A stretch of DNA of 64,000 bases from an uncultured Gammaproteobacteria bacterium (GCA_963976795.1 CAXBLT010000017.1:549-64548); one strand, 5' to 3'; positions 20,706 to 33,067 are shown, counted from the first letter of the stretch. The notes: generated by a model from the sequence alone, not told the origin. Made by a program: numbers and translations.

Positions 20706-22376
20706 TTAACTATTATCTAAATGTTCCTTTAAAAGGTCGCCTAATTTAGCGCCACCACCGGACTCAGGGGCATATTCCTTGACTGTTGCTTGTTCATCAT
20801 CTGAATCTTTTGCCTTTATTGAGAGGTTAATTGTGCGTTTTTTACGGTCAATTGCAGTAATTTTTACTTCCAGCTCTTCACCTTCTTTAACAACAGAACG
20901 CGCATCATCGACAACTTTTTCCAGTGAAATCTCGCTCGCCTTCATGGTGCCTTCAACACCCTCACCCAAGCTAATATTGACATATTTCACATCAACATTT
21001 TGTGCAATACCCTTTACGATTGTTCCTTTTGGGTTTTCAGCAACGAAATTTGAGAATGGATCTTTTTCTAACTGTTTCACACCGAGAGAAATTCGTTCTC
21101 TTTCAGCGTCAACAGCCAGAACGACGGTTTCGACTTCTTCACCTTTACTAAAATTACGGATTGATTCATCTGCATTTTCAGCCCATGAAACATCGGATAA
21201 GTGAACCAAGCCATCAATACCACCATCAAGTCCGATGAAGATACCAAAATCTGTAATCGATTTGATAACACCAACAACGCGGTCACCCTTATTGTGTGTT
21301 GCTGCAAATTGCTCCCAAGGATTAGATTGACATTGTTTCATGCCAAGAGAAATACGACGACGTTCCTGATCGATATCGAGGATGATGACATCACATTCTT
21401 GCCCGATATGAACCAATTTTGAAGGATGCACATTCTTATTAGTCCAATCCATCTCTGAGACGTGAACCAGACCTTCAACGCCTTCTTCCAGCTCTACAAA
21501 ACAACCATAATCAGCAAGATTGGTGACCTTACCATGTAAGCGAGCACCTTCTGGATAACGGCGGGTTAAATCTAACCAAGGATCTTCACCCATTTGCTTC
21601 AAGCCAAGGGATACGCGGTTTTTCTCGCGATCATATTTCAAGACCTTAACTTCTATTTCGTCACCAATGTTAACGATTTCGCTTGGGTTCTTAACACGTT
21701 TCCAAGCCATATCGGTAATATGTAACAGACCATCAATGCCGCCTAAATCAAGGAACGCACCATAATCAGTCAGGTTCTTAACAACACCTTTGACTAAGGC
21801 TCCTTCTTTCAATGATTCCAGTAATGCATCTCGTTCAGCGCTACTCTCGTTTTCGACGACTGCGCGACGCGAAACAACAACATTGTTTCGTTTTTGGTCA
21901 ATTTTAATTACCTTGAATTCGAGTGGTTTGCCTTCCAGATAAGACGTATCACGAACAGGTCTTACATCCACTAATGAGCCCGGTAAAAAGGCACGGACTT
22001 TATCAACATCAACCGTGAAACCACCTTTAACACGTTCAGTAATAACACCAATAATGGTGGCATTATCTTCGTGCGCTTTTTCAAGCACAGTCCAGGCAAT
22101 CTTACGTTTTGCTTTTTCACGGGAGAGGCGCGTAACACCATAACCATCTTCGATAGAATCCAACGCAACATCAACCGTATCGCCAAGGGCAACCTCGAGC
22201 TCACCGTGCTCGTCAAAAAATTGATCTATTGGGATGATTCCTTCGGACTTGAGACCAGCATTGACTATGATGGTATCGTTGTTGACGTCTACGACTACGG
22301 CACTGATTATCGCGCCGGGACGCATTTTTGATTCTATTTGGCTTTGTTCAAATAATTCCGCAAAACTCTCGCTCAT
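20706..22376 (-). CDS. rpsA: 30S ribosomal protein S1
   Basis: 556 aa, six S1 repeats, [11 protein letters not shown]-terminus. Confidence 0.96.
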   Translation of the reverse strand: MSESFAELFEQSQIESKMRPGAIISAVVVDVNNDTIIVNAGLKSEGIIPIDQFFDEHGELEVALGDTVDVALDSIEDGYGVTRLSREKAKRKIAWTVLEKAHEDNATIIGVITERVKGGFTVDVDKVRAFLPGSLVDVRPVRDTSYLEGKPLEFKVIKIDQKRNNVVVSRRAVVENESSAERDALLESLKEGALVKGVVKNLTDYGAFLDLGGIDGLLHITDMAWKRVKNPSEIVNIGDEIEVKVLKYDREKNRVSLGLKQMGEDPWLDLTRRYPEGARLHGKVTNLADYGCFVELEEGVEGLVHVSEMDWTNKNVHPSKLVHIGQECDVIILDIDQERRRISLGMKQCQSNPWEQFAATHNKGDRVVGVIKSITDFGIFIGLDGGIDGLVHLSDVSWAENADESIRNFSKGEEVETVVLAVDAERERISLGVKQLEKDPFSNFVAENPKGTIVKGIAQNVDVKYVNISLGEGVEGTMKASEISLEKVVDDARSVVKEGEELEVKITAIDRKKRTINLSIKAKDSDDEQATVKEYAPESGGGAKLGDLLKEHLDNS

Positions 22377-22510
22377 GAAAGGTAATTCCTGAAACCCTGC
22401 TATGACTACGGCAGGATATATCTGTTAATGGACATCTCTAAAAATATACTATTTTTATAGTTATCCGACGTTAATTTTAAGTTAAGCACTCATCGCGAGT
22501 GATTAACCAC

Positions 22511-23218
22511 CTATTTTTGCAATCCCGGAACTGTGTTGCGCACTAATTCTGAGATATTTTCCAAGACCGCATCAATATCAAGCTTACTCGTATCAATAAC
22601 AATCGCATCTTCTGCTGGTTTTAATGGCGATGCTGCACGTGTACTATCACGCTCATCTCGCTCAGCTATAGCAGCGGAAAGGCCGCGGAGATTAGCATTA
22701 ATACCCTTTTCCTTCAACTGTTTATAACGCCTTTTGGCCCGTTCCTCGGCGCTGGCTGTCAAATATATCTTCAATGTCGCATCGGGAAAGACGACCGTAC
22801 CCATATCTCGACCATCAGCAATCAAACCGGGCGCTTTATGAAATGCCCTTTGCCTTGATAACAAAGCCTGGCGTACTTTTGCAATCGGTGCTATGACTGA
22901 GGCCGCATTACCACAAGTTTCAGTACGGATTTCATCAGTGACAGTGAGACTATCCAGTTCAACATCGACTAAAGAGCCCGCGCCTGCAACCTTAAATTCT
23001 ACGTTTAAATTTTCCGCCAACGCTACAAGCGCCGCTTCGTTATCACTACTAATACCATGTTTTTCTGCTGCTAGTGCCAGCACTCGATACAAAGCACCAC
23101 TATCCAAAAAGTGCCATTGCAACCAGTCAGCAAGATAACTACAAATAGTGCCTTTGCCGGTGCCACTTGGACCATCAACAGTAATAACAGGCACTTTAGT
23201 CGCTGGTACGCTAATCAT
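22511..23218 (-). CDS. cmk: Cytidylate kinase
   Basis: P-loop ITVDGPSGTGKGT. About 230 aa. Conserved cmk-rpsA linkage. Confidence 0.93.
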   Translation of the reverse strand: MISVPATKVPVITVDGPSGTGKGTICSYLADWLQWHFLDSGALYRVLALAAEKHGISSDNEAALVALAENLNVEFKVAGAGSLVDVELDSLTVTDEIRTETCGNAASVIAPIAKVRQALLSRQRAFHKAPGLIADGRDMGTVVFPDATLKIYLTASAEERAKRRYKQLKEKGINANLRGLSAAIAERDERDSTRAASPLKPAEDAIVIDTSKLDIDAVLENISELVRNTVPGLQK

Positions 23219-24524
23219 AGGCGATATTCATACCCGCTGTTTGAGCCAATTCTACAAACCCGGGGAATGAGGTTGCTACATTTTCACAATCATTTATACG
23301 TATGGGTGCTTTCGACACCAGTCCCGCAACGGCAAAGGCCATAGCAATTCGGTGGTCGCCATGGCTATTAACTTCACCGCCATTATATTCTCCGCCCTGT
23401 ATGATCATGCCATCTTCTGTGTCTTCTGCATGAACACCTATTGCGATAAAACCATCCAACATCGATTGAATTCGATCACTTTCCTTTACCCGCAATTCAG
23501 CCGCACCAGACAAACGAGTTTCTCCTCGGGCACAACTCGCAGCAACCATAATTACCGGGAACTCATCTATCGCGACGGGCACCAATTCTTCCGGGATATC
23601 GATCCCCTTTAAGTCGCTACTCTTTATATGTATATCTGCAACTGGTTCACCAGACTGTTCTCGCTTGTTCTCAAGCTCAATATCAGCACCCATTAATTGC
23701 ATAATCTGCAGCATTGCGTCACGAGTAGGATTAATACCGACATTCTCAAGCACCAAATCCGAACCGGGGGCTATTGTTGCCGCCACGATAAAAAATGCGG
23801 CTGAAGAAAAATCCGCTGGTATACTGATGTCTGTCCCCATAAGTTTATCTGCCTTGCTTATGGATATTCGGTTTTGATTTCTTGTTATTGGATGAGAAAA
23901 AGCGCTGAGCATTCGTTCTGTGTGATCACGGGTAGCCTGATTTTCAATAATAGTGGTGATTCCCTCGGCATACAGGCCCGCCAACAATAAACAGGACTTT
24001 AATTGCGCGCTGGCAACGGGTAATTCATATTCAATCCCCTGTAACTGATTTTCACCTGTTATATATATCGGCAAAGTACCAGATTCCGCACAACTAATAT
24101 CTGCTTTCATACTACGTAATGGTTTAATCACTCGCAGCATAGGTCTTGTCATTAATGACTTGTCGCCTATCAATTCAGAATCAAAGTTTTGGCCGGCTAA
24201 TAAGCCTGTCATTAAACGAACAGATGTGCCTGAATTACCGAGGTCAATGGGGCTACTGCTCTCCTTTAAGCCCCTAAGGCCTACACCATTAATTCGCACA
24301 AGCTTACCGTCATTTTCTATCTCAACACCCATCTGTTGGAAGGCCTTTGCCGTCGCCAAGGTGTCTTCACCTTGCAGAAAACCGGTGATTGTTGTTTCAC
24401 CTTCCGCTATAGCGCCTAACATCAAGGCTCGATGCGAAATAGATTTATCTCCAGGCACAGTGATTCGACCAGAGATGACACCTCCCGGCTTAACTTGAAA
24501 ACTGGAACCGTTGTTTGAACTCAT
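23211..24524 (-). CDS. aroA: 3-phosphoshikimate 1-carboxyvinyltransferase (EPSP synthase)
   Basis: 437 aa. PGDKSISHR motif. Class I EPSPS pattern. Confidence 0.93.
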   Translation of the reverse strand: MSSNNGSSFQVKPGGVISGRITVPGDKSISHRALMLGAIAEGETTITGFLQGEDTLATAKAFQQMGVEIENDGKLVRINGVGLRGLKESSSPIDLGNSGTSVRLMTGLLAGQNFDSELIGDKSLMTRPMLRVIKPLRSMKADISCAESGTLPIYITGENQLQGIEYELPVASAQLKSCLLLAGLYAEGITTIIENQATRDHTERMLSAFSHPITRNQNRISISKADKLMGTDISIPADFSSAAFFIVAATIAPGSDLVLENVGINPTRDAMLQIMQLMGADIELENKREQSGEPVADIHIKSSDLKGIDIPEELVPVAIDEFPVIMVAASCARGETRLSGAAELRVKESDRIQSMLDGFIAIGVHAEDTEDGMIIQGGEYNGGEVNSHGDHRIAMAFAVAGLVSKAPIRINDCENVATSFPGFVELAQTAGMNIAYD

Positions 24525-24533
24525 TTTGATTTA

Positions 24534-25412
24534 TTATTCAGACTTTTTTCTGGATTTAGTGAATTGATCTCTGGCTTGTTTGGCGCGTTTAAAAATCGAT
24601 AATAATTGTTCACTGTCAGAGTTTTCTATAGCACATTTTATTTCACTAATATGTTCAGAAAATAGTTCTAATGAATTTAATAATGCATCACGATTAGAAA
24701 AACAGATGTCATGCCACATCTCAGGGCTACTAGAGGCAATTCGTGTGAAATCGGCAAAACCACCTGCGGCATATTTAAAAATCTCTTCACGCTCTTGCAT
24801 ACCTGCCAGACAATCGACCAAGGCATAAGCTAGCATATGAGGTAAGTGACTCGTCGCCGCGAGTACGTCATCGTGATGTTTAACATCAAGATCAATTACA
24901 TCAGCACCAACGGCTTGCCACATTTCAGTGACCAACTTATGTGCAGATACATCAGTAACATCCAAAGGCGTGAGTATTACTCGATGGTTGACAAACAACT
25001 CTGCAAACGATGCCTCTACACCACTTTGTTCTGTACCCGCAATAGGATGCCCCGGGACAAAGCGTGAAAACTTATCACCCATTACCTTTTGAGCGGCATC
25101 GACGACACTACCTTTAGCACTACCCACATCGGTTAGCACTGCATTTGGTTTTAAAGACGCAACAATTTCCGGAAGTATTTTTTCAGTGGTCGACAGCGGC
25201 GTACCGATAACAACCACATCAGCACCGGCGACGGCTTCATGTATATTTATAGCGTAATCATCGATGACATCAAGCTCAATCGCTTTCTTCAAAGTATCCT
25301 CATTACGATTACAGCCCGTAACACGATTAACAAGTTTTGCCTTACGCAAGGCACGAGCAAGCGAACCGCCAATAAGCCCAACACCAATAATAGAAAGATG
25401 ATCAATTAACAT
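24534..25412 (-). CDS. tyrA: Prephenate/arogenate dehydrogenase
   Basis: N-terminal Rossmann motif IIGVGLIGGSLA. About 290 aa. Context hisC-tyrA-aroA. Confidence 0.85.
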   Translation of the reverse strand: MLIDHLSIIGVGLIGGSLARALRKAKLVNRVTGCNRNEDTLKKAIELDVIDDYAINIHEAVAGADVVVIGTPLSTTEKILPEIVASLKPNAVLTDVGSAKGSVVDAAQKVMGDKFSRFVPGHPIAGTEQSGVEASFAELFVNHRVILTPLDVTDVSAHKLVTEMWQAVGADVIDLDVKHHDDVLAATSHLPHMLAYALVDCLAGMQEREEIFKYAAGGFADFTRIASSSPEMWHDICFSNRDALLNSLELFSEHISEIKCAIENSDSEQLLSIFKRAKQARDQFTKSRKKSE

Positions 25413-25415
25413 ATC

Positions 25416-26519
25416 TTACAAAGTCATTATTTTAGTTAATTCATTTATAAACCGTACATTTTCAGATTCCAAACCAATGCTGATGCGTAAATGATTCGGC
25501 ATACCATAGTTTGCAACAGGCCGAACAATAACGCCTGCCTTCAATAAGGCTTGATAAATACCATCGGCAGGTTGTTTAAAGTCCACACAGATAAAGTTGC
25601 CTTTTGACGCAATAAACTCCAGGCCCAACTTATCAAATGCACCGATTAATGCCTGCATTCCCGATTGATTTACTGTAACACTGCGCTCTATATATTGTTC
25701 GTCTTGCAATGCCGTCTCCGCCGCAACTAGTGCCAGACTATTATTATTAAACGGTTGGCGTACACGGTTTAACAAGTTAGCTACATCTGGATGAGATAGC
25801 CCATAACCAACCCTAAGCCCTGCCAGACCATAAGCTTTAGAAAAGGTTCGCGTGACCACCAAATTGCTAAATTCGTCCAGCCATAAGCTACTGTCAGGAT
25901 AATCCGCTTCAGAAGAAGCGTATTCAAAATAGGCTTCATCTACTAAAACAACAACATGTTCTGGTACCTTCTCAAGTAAACCCCTCAGACTTTCACTATT
26001 TATCCATGTACCGGTCGGATTATTAGGGTTAGCAATAAACATTAGGCGTGTTTTATCAGTAACTGCAGCCAACATAGCAGGCAAATCATGTCCCCACTCA
26101 TTCGCAGGCACGACAACATGTTCTGCGCCCACTGCCTGAGTCACTATGGGATAAACTGCAAATGAATGCTGCGAGTAAATCACCTGATGTTCACTGTTAA
26201 CAAAAGCGCGTGCTACCATTTCCAGAATATCATTTGAACCATTACCCAATGTAATGCGATCCATATTTATACTATGTTTATCGGCAAGGGCCTTTTTCAA
26301 ATTGAAGCCATTACCATCTGGATAACGTGATAAATCTGTAGTAGACGCAATAGCATCTAACACCTTTTGACTAGGGCCTAACGGATTCTCATTAGACGCA
26401 AGCTTGATGATTTCATCTAGCCCTAGTTCGCGTTGTAACTCTTCAATAGGCTTGCCAGGATGATAAGGCTGAAGACCAGCGACACCCGGCGTAGCAAGCG
26501 AAAATAAATCACAGGACAT
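25416..26519 (-). CDS. hisC: Histidinol-phosphate aminotransferase
   Basis: Class II aminotransferase. KLASNENPLGPS near the N-terminus and PLP lysine motif FSKAYGLAGLRVGY. Confidence 0.9.
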   Translation of the reverse strand: MSCDLFSLATPGVAGLQPYHPGKPIEELQRELGLDEIIKLASNENPLGPSQKVLDAIASTTDLSRYPDGNGFNLKKALADKHSINMDRITLGNGSNDILEMVARAFVNSEHQVIYSQHSFAVYPIVTQAVGAEHVVVPANEWGHDLPAMLAAVTDKTRLMFIANPNNPTGTWINSESLRGLLEKVPEHVVVLVDEAYFEYASSEADYPDSSLWLDEFSNLVVTRTFSKAYGLAGLRVGYGLSHPDVANLLNRVRQPFNNNSLALVAAETALQDEQYIERSVTVNQSGMQALIGAFDKLGLEFIASKGNFICVDFKQPADGIYQALLKAGVIVRPVANYGMPNHLRISIGLESENVRFINELTKIMTL

Positions 26520-26635
26520 ACTATTTAATTCCTAAAAGCCGGTTAGTTTGTTTCAAGATGAGGCGTGACATTTTCGAGAAGCGAGCGGCTTGTATCTAAG
26601 TGACACGACGATGCATTGGGACAAAACAAGCATTT

Positions 26636-27721
26636 TTACAATACAGCTTTAGGGTAAGACCCTAGCAATTTTACCATCGCCGCATGTGCCTCCAACTCAA
26701 GTATCGCTTTCTTAACGGGCTGATCATCAGCATGTCCTTCAATATCAACGAAGAAAACATAACCCCACATCTCACGACGTGAAGGTCTGGATTCAATTCG
26801 TGTCATACTAACGCCGTTTTCAGCAAAGCAACTTAACATCTGGTGTAATGCACCTGGCTTATTTGGTGCGGAAAAAATCAAAGAGGTCTTGTCGTGACCA
26901 CTAGCGCTACACTCTTCTTTACCAATAACCAAAAAGCGAGTCGTATTATCGGGCTGATCTTCAATATTGCTGGCAAGGTTATTTAGCTGATACAACTCAC
27001 CTGCAGCACTACTTGCTATAGCAGCAACATGCTGTTCATCACTGGCAATACGCGCAGCCTCGGCATTACTACTGACGGCAATGCGTTCCGGCTTATTTAA
27101 ATGTGCATCTAACCATGCCCTACATTGTGCTAGTGATTGTTGATGTGAATAAACGATTGTTATTTCATCAAACGATTCATCTTTACTTAACAGATGATGG
27201 TGTATACGTAACTCTACTTCACCACAGATAGTTAAACTGGAGTTATTCAGCATATCTAATGTGTGATTCACAACACCTTCAATTGAATTTTCAACGGGTA
27301 CCACACCATAGTGTGATGCCCCTGATTCAACTTCGCGGAAGACTTGATCAATAGTACCGAAGGCCGTTGTATTAACAGAATGCCCAAAATGTTTTAGTGC
27401 AGCGGATTGGGTAAATGTCCCTTCCGGTCCCAGGTAGGCGATGTCCAGGAGTTGTTCCAATGCCAGACATGCCGACATAATCTCACGGAATAGACGTGCC
27501 ATTTCTTCTTCAGAAAGTGGCCCTTTATTTTGTTCTATTACTTTTCTTAATATTTGAGCTTCGCGTTCAGGACGATAAAAACTTGTGGGTTCTGGTGATG
27601 CATTTTTCACCTCGGCAACGTCTTGTGCCAGACGCGCGCGATCACTGATTAGATCAATCAATTTATTGTCTAATGCATCTATATCAACACGCAACTGCGC
27701 TAATTTTTTATCATCGGGCAT
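26636..27721 (-). CDS. pheA: Bifunctional chorismate mutase / prephenate dehydratase
   Basis: N-terminal chorismate mutase helix. PDT domain with conserved TRF motif. C-terminal ACT domain. Confidence 0.9.
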   Translation of the reverse strand: MPDDKKLAQLRVDIDALDNKLIDLISDRARLAQDVAEVKNASPEPTSFYRPEREAQILRKVIEQNKGPLSEEEMARLFREIMSACLALEQLLDIAYLGPEGTFTQSAALKHFGHSVNTTAFGTIDQVFREVESGASHYGVVPVENSIEGVVNHTLDMLNNSSLTICGEVELRIHHHLLSKDESFDEITIVYSHQQSLAQCRAWLDAHLNKPERIAVSSNAEAARIASDEQHVAAIASSAAGELYQLNNLASNIEDQPDNTTRFLVIGKEECSASGHDKTSLIFSAPNKPGALHQMLSCFAENGVSMTRIESRPSRREMWGYVFFVDIEGHADDQPVKKAILELEAHAAMVKLLGSYPKAVL

Positions 27722-27909
27722 GGTCGAGCACCAGGTTATTTCTTATATAATTTTCCAAGTATGACAGGATACGGTAGAGACCAGTAGTTGTTAAGGAGTC
27801 GCTAATATATTTGCACTATTTTTTCACGAAACTGAACAATTGGAATGTCTTATTGTTAGCGATACATTCCAAAGACTTTGACAAATAGTAAATGTTGTCT
27901 CACAAGAAA

Positions 27910-30468
27910 TCAGCTTTCTTGTTCTTGTTCCTCTTCCCCATATTCGATAATCCGTTCCAGACCGGCCAAGTGTTCTGTTTCATTCAAATTAACCAGTCTT
28001 ACACCTTGGGTATTACGACCAAAGACAGAGATGTCTTTAACAGGTGTTCTTATCAGCGTGCCTTGATCACTGATCAACATAATCTCATCATCATTCTCAA
28101 CTGACACAGCACCAACGACATTACCATTACGTTCTGATACTTGAATGGATATAACACCCACACCACCACGTGATTTCTGAGGATAATCCTCAACCGCAGT
28201 ACGCTTGCCATAACCATTTTCTGTGGCTGTCAAAATCGTCACATCTTTGTTTTCAACAATAATTAATGAAATGACATTTTGGTCTTTACTCAAACGAATT
28301 CCACGTACACCTTTCGCAGTTCTACCTGTTGCACGGACATGCGACTCAGGAAAACGTACGACCTTACCGGTATTGCTAAACAGCATAATATCCTGTTCAC
28401 CATCAGTAATCTCAACACCAATAAGTTTATTGCCATCGGCTAGCTCTATTGCACGTTTCCCACTTGGTCGCGCCCTCGAAAACTCGGCTAATGAAGTTTT
28501 CTTGACGGTGCCATCAGCTGTTGCCATGAAAATAAATTTATTCTCTTCATACTCACGTATAGGCAATATGGCATTGATCTGCTCACCATCTTCCAGAGGC
28601 AATAGATTAATGATCGGTTTACCACGCGCGCTACGGCTAGCTTGCGGTAAATCATAAACCTTAAGCCAATAGACTTTTCCTCGATTAGAAAAGCACAAGA
28701 TTGTGTCATGGGTGCTAGCCATAAATAATTTATCAATAAAATCTTCGTCTTTGACTGAGGTTGCTGACTTACCGCGTCCACCACGTTTTTGCGAGCGGTA
28801 AGTATCCATTGGTTGTGATTTCGCATAACCCGCATGGGATAGTGTTACGACAACATCCTCTTCCGTTATAAGGTCTTCCATGCTCAGATCTTCTTGAGTA
28901 TGAACAATCTCAGTTTTTCTTTCATCCCCATAACGATCCAGAATGTCCTTCAACTCATCGCGAATAACTTCCATTAAGCGCTCAGGTCGTGAGAGGATAT
29001 CCAGTAAATCTGCAATGGCATCTAATAGCTCGCCATATTCTTTTAGAATCTTGTCTTTTTCAAGGCCAGTTAATTTTTGTAGCCGTAACTCAAGAATGGC
29101 CTGTGCCTGAACTGGAGAGAGTCGATAACCAGCCTCAGTAAGGCCATACTCTTTGGATAAATTGTCAGGTCTTGATGCATCGGCACCGGCGCTTTTTAAC
29201 ATTTCAACAACGGCACCAGATTCCCACGTCTCGGCCAATAAACTCTCCTTCGCATCGGCGGGACTCGCAGATTGCTTGATAAGCGCAATGACAGGGTCGA
29301 TATTAGCCAAGGCAACCGCAAGCCCTTCTAATACATGGGCACGAGCTCTGGCCTTACGCAATTCAAAAAGGCTACGACGCGTGACTACTTCGCGACGATG
29401 ACTAATAAACGCTTCGAGTAAATCCTTCAGGTTCATCAAGCGTGGTCGATTATCAGCTAATGCCACGATATTGATGCCGAATACAGATTGCATCTGAGTA
29501 AACTTATACAAATTATTCAGGATAACTTCTGCGACTTCACCACGACGTAATTCAATAACAACGCGCATCCCATCTTTATCAGATTCATCGCGCAATTCAC
29601 GGATACCAGTTACCTTCTTGTCTTTCACCAGCTCGGCTATCTTTTCAACTAAGCGCGCTTTGTTAACCTGATAGGGAAGCTCGTGAATAATAATCTTGTT
29701 GCCCGAGTCATTTTCTTCAATTTCAGTACGTGCCCGGACATAGATACGACCACGTCCTGTTTCATAGGCTTCTCTGATACCCGATGAACCGTTAATAATG
29801 GCTGCGGTTGGAAAATCAGGTCCAGGAATGTATTCCATTAATTCCGGAATTGTTAATTCAGGGTTTTCAATCAAGGCCAAGCAGGCAGAAACGACTTCTG
29901 TCATGTTATGCGGTGGTATATTGGTCGCCATGCCCACAGCAATACCACTGGAACCGTTTACAAGTAGATTGGGGATACGGGTCGGCATGACCACGGGTTC
30001 ATGCTCAGAACCATCGTAGTTCGGGGCAAAATCGACCGTTTCTTTATCGAGATCTTCTAAAATTTCATGCGCGATTCGCGACATACGTACTTCTGTGTAT
30101 CGCATTGCGGCAGGAGAATCTCCATCAACTGAACCGAAGTTACCTTGCCCGTCGACCAATACATAGCGTAAGGAAAAAGGCTGGGCCATACGTACCATCG
30201 TGTCATAGACAGCGGTATCGCCATGTGGGTGGTACTTACCTATGACATCACCCACGACACGGGCTGATTTTTTATAGGGCTTGTTGTAGTCATTGCCCAT
30301 TTCTTTCATCGCAAACAGAACGCGACGATGCACTGGCTTGAGTCCATCTCGGACATCAGGCAAGGCGCGACCAACGATAACGCTCATGGCATAGTCCATA
30401 TAGGACTGCCGCATTTCGTCTTCTATATTGACGTGCGAAAGTGCACGAGCGAAATCAGAGTCTGACAT
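27910..30468 (-). CDS. gyrA: DNA gyrase subunit A
   Basis: 852 aa. Active-site region [19 protein letters not shown], analogous to the S83/D87 region. C-terminal beta-pinwheel repeats. Confidence 0.97.
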   Translation of the reverse strand: MSDSDFARALSHVNIEDEMRQSYMDYAMSVIVGRALPDVRDGLKPVHRRVLFAMKEMGNDYNKPYKKSARVVGDVIGKYHPHGDTAVYDTMVRMAQPFSLRYVLVDGQGNFGSVDGDSPAAMRYTEVRMSRIAHEILEDLDKETVDFAPNYDGSEHEPVVMPTRIPNLLVNGSSGIAVGMATNIPPHNMTEVVSACLALIENPELTIPELMEYIPGPDFPTAAIINGSSGIREAYETGRGRIYVRARTEIEENDSGNKIIIHELPYQVNKARLVEKIAELVKDKKVTGIRELRDESDKDGMRVVIELRRGEVAEVILNNLYKFTQMQSVFGINIVALADNRPRLMNLKDLLEAFISHRREVVTRRSLFELRKARARAHVLEGLAVALANIDPVIALIKQSASPADAKESLLAETWESGAVVEMLKSAGADASRPDNLSKEYGLTEAGYRLSPVQAQAILELRLQKLTGLEKDKILKEYGELLDAIADLLDILSRPERLMEVIRDELKDILDRYGDERKTEIVHTQEDLSMEDLITEEDVVVTLSHAGYAKSQPMDTYRSQKRGGRGKSATSVKDEDFIDKLFMASTHDTILCFSNRGKVYWLKVYDLPQASRSARGKPIINLLPLEDGEQINAILPIREYEENKFIFMATADGTVKKTSLAEFSRARPSGKRAIELADGNKLIGVEITDGEQDIMLFSNTGKVVRFPESHVRATGRTAKGVRGIRLSKDQNVISLIIVENKDVTILTATENGYGKRTAVEDYPQKSRGGVGVISIQVSERNGNVVGAVSVENDDEIMLISDQGTLIRTPVKDISVFGRNTQGVRLVNLNETEHLAGLERIIEYGEEEQEQES

Positions 30469-30597
30469 AAATTATTGATGGAAAAGGGAGCAAAAAAAGC
30501 CTTAATTTCTAGTAATTTTTAAAGCCAAAATTTTAACATATTTCAGCCATTTACCCTACCAAAATTTTACTTTTAAATCGGGATTTTCAGGCCTAAA

Positions 30598-31653
30598 TTA
30601 TCCGAATAATGCAAGCATTTTTTCAGTGTCCGGATTATGCACAATTCCCTTTTCTGTGACGATGACATCAACCAATTTTGCCGGGGTAATATCAAACGCC
30701 GGATTAATGGCCTCGATGTCGTTTGGAGCAATTCGAGTGGCCTTAAAGTCCGTGATTTCTTCAGTTCCACGGTTTTCTATTGGTATATCTGCACCCGTTT
30801 CAATATCCATATCAATCGTCGATGAAGGTGCTACAACCATCACTTTTACCCCGTGATAATAAGCAGAGACCGCATGCGAATAGGTGCCAATCTTATTTGC
30901 GACATCACCATTTGCAGCAATTCGATCTGAACCGACTATCAGCCAGGCTATTTTGTTACTTTCCATCACGCTTGCAATTGCAGAATCTATCACTAACTTC
31001 ACCGGGATCTGATCTTGTTGTAATTCCCAACTGGTCAAACGCGCTCCCTGAAACCAGGGACGGGTTTCAGAAGAAAATACATTTGTAATAGAACCCTTTT
31101 TAAATGCTGTTCTGATAACTCCCAAAGCCGTACCGTAACCACCTGTAGCCAATGCCCCCGCATTACAATGTGTGATTACCTGACTATTAGCTAGAATTAA
31201 CTCAGCGCCTAAACGTCCCATTTCATGATTTGCGGCGATATCCTCTTTATGAATTTGCTTTGCCATTTCTAATAAAACAGGTTCTGGGTTGCCTTCAATC
31301 AGTGCAAAAGCCTGGCACATTTCAGCAATCGCCCAATGCAAATTAACCGCTGTGGGTCTTGCCGCAGCAAGTGTCTCAATATCCCCTGCTATTTTTTCTC
31401 TCCATAACTCCTCTGCATCCTGCCAAGCTGTCCGCGCTGCTAAAACAACGGCATAGGCCGCAGCAATCCCTATCGCCGGGGCTCCTCGAACCACCATGTC
31501 TTTAATTGCTATTGCGACGGCACTAGCTGAGTCATAATTAAGATAGTTTATTTCTCGTGGCAGTTTCCTTTGGTCTAATAAGCTCAACATTCCTGCATTC
31601 CATTTCACGGCAGAAAATGCTTCCGGTGGAAATTCTAATTTATCGTTGTCCAA
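30598..31653 (-). CDS. mtnA: S-methyl-5-thioribose-1-phosphate isomerase
   Basis: eIF-2B alpha/beta/delta-like fold. 351 aa. VRGAPAIGIAAAY motif. Adjacent to gyrA and to the deaminase, as in Pseudomonas. Confidence 0.85.
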   Translation of the reverse strand: MDNDKLEFPPEAFSAVKWNAGMLSLLDQRKLPREINYLNYDSASAVAIAIKDMVVRGAPAIGIAAAYAVVLAARTAWQDAEELWREKIAGDIETLAAARPTAVNLHWAIAEMCQAFALIEGNPEPVLLEMAKQIHKEDIAANHEMGRLGAELILANSQVITHCNAGALATGGYGTALGVIRTAFKKGSITNVFSSETRPWFQGARLTSWELQQDQIPVKLVIDSAIASVMESNKIAWLIVGSDRIAANGDVANKIGTYSHAVSAYYHGVKVMVVAPSSTIDMDIETGADIPIENRGTEEITDFKATRIAPNDIEAINPAFDITPAKLVDVIVTEKGIVHNPDTEKMLALFG

Positions 31654-31712
31654 TTCGTTTTATCCTGTTAATGATTTATCATGATGAAAAAACCAAGGAT
31701 ACCTCTTTCAAG

Positions 31713-33026
31713 ATGAATGTTGATACTTTAGTTCATGCCCGATGGATTATACCTGTAGAACCGGCAAATACCGTCTATGAAAATTATTCGATTGCGATCA
31801 AAGGCGACAAGATCGAAGGGATACTCCCGACAGATGATGCGAAGAAAAAATTTACTGCAATAGCCGAACACAATTTGGAAGACCATGTGCTTATCCCGGG
31901 CCTGATCAATGCACATACCCATGCAGCCATGACCTTGTTACGTGGTCTAGCTGATGACCTGCCTTTGATGGAATGGCTCAATGAGCATATCTGGCCGGCT
32001 GAACAAAAATGGGTTAATCCTGAATTCGTCAAAGACGGTACCGAAATCGCTGTAGCCGAAATGATCCGTGGCGGCACCACTTGCTTTAATGATATGTACT
32101 TCTTTCCCGATCAGACAGCAGAAGTTTGCGCCAATATTGGTATGCGTGTCGTCGTCGGTTTAATCCTAATCGATTTTCCCACTGCTTGGGCTAATGACGC
32201 TGATGAATATGTACTAAAAGGTGAACAAGTACACGACACCTACCGCCATAACCCTCTGATAAATACTGCCTTTGCGCCACACGCGCCCTACACTGTGTCG
32301 GACGAACCACTAAAACATATCGATGTGCTAGCAGAAGAACTCGATATCCCGATTCATATGCACATCCATGAAACAGCATTTGAAGTTGAACAAAGCATCG
32401 AACAACACGGCAAACGTCCGTTACAACGCCTAACAGAACTTGGTGTCATCAGCCCGCGGATGTTGGCCGTGCATATGACACAGCTGAAAAAAGACGAAAT
32501 AGAAGAACTCGCGAAGCTCGGTGTTAGCGTCGCTCATTGCCCGGAATCGAACCTCAAACTTGCCAGTGGCTTTTGTCCCGTCGCAGAACTACATAAAGCG
32601 GGGGTTAATGTTTGTATCGGTACCGATGGTACCGCCAGTAATAATGATCTGGATATGATCGGCGAAATGCGCACCGCTGCCCTACTCGCCAAAGGTGTTG
32701 CCAACGACACCACAGTTCTTGATGCACACACTACTTTAAAGATGGCCACACTCAATGGCGCAAAGGCACTTGGACTGAATGAGTCGATTGGTTCATTAAA
32801 GAAAGGAAAGCAAGCCGACATCGTTGCAATCAACCTCAACCAACTCGAAACCGCTCCAAACTACGAACCACTATCGCAAATCATCTATGCCGGAAACCGT
32901 GAACAAGTCAGCGATGTCTGGATAGCAGGGAAGCAAGTTTTAAAGAACCGAGAATTAACAACAATGGAATACTCCAAACTGATGGAGAAGGCGAAAAGCT
33001 GGGAAAAGAAAATCAAGTCTAATTGA
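31713..33026 (+). CDS. mtaD: 5-methylthioadenosine/S-adenosylhomocysteine deaminase-like amidohydrolase
   Basis: Metal-binding HxH motif LIPGLINAHTHAAMTLLRGLADDLPLMEWL. About 437 aa. The start is assigned to MNVDTL at 31713. The six-frame ORF runs upstream to 31557, overlapping the mtnA 5' end. Confidence 0.8.
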   Translation: MNVDTLVHARWIIPVEPANTVYENYSIAIKGDKIEGILPTDDAKKKFTAIAEHNLEDHVLIPGLINAHTHAAMTLLRGLADDLPLMEWLNEHIWPAEQKWVNPEFVKDGTEIAVAEMIRGGTTCFNDMYFFPDQTAEVCANIGMRVVVGLILIDFPTAWANDADEYVLKGEQVHDTYRHNPLINTAFAPHAPYTVSDEPLKHIDVLAEELDIPIHMHIHETAFEVEQSIEQHGKRPLQRLTELGVISPRMLAVHMTQLKKDEIEELAKLGVSVAHCPESNLKLASGFCPVAELHKAGVNVCIGTDGTASNNDLDMIGEMRTAALLAKGVANDTTVLDAHTTLKMATLNGAKALGLNESIGSLKKGKQADIVAINLNQLETAPNYEPLSQIIYAGNREQVSDVWIAGKQVLKNRELTTMEYSKLMEKAKSWEKKIKSN

Positions 33027-33067
33027 TTTATACACAACGTTTATCTTAAATTTAAGGTAAGACCACA

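Noticed and set aside
31557-31712. 52-codon N-terminal extension of mtaD as drawn in the ORF track, overlapping the mtnA start
   Set aside because: The extension is hydrophobic junk translated from the divergent promoter region. Homologues begin at MNVDTL..., so the start was moved to 31713.
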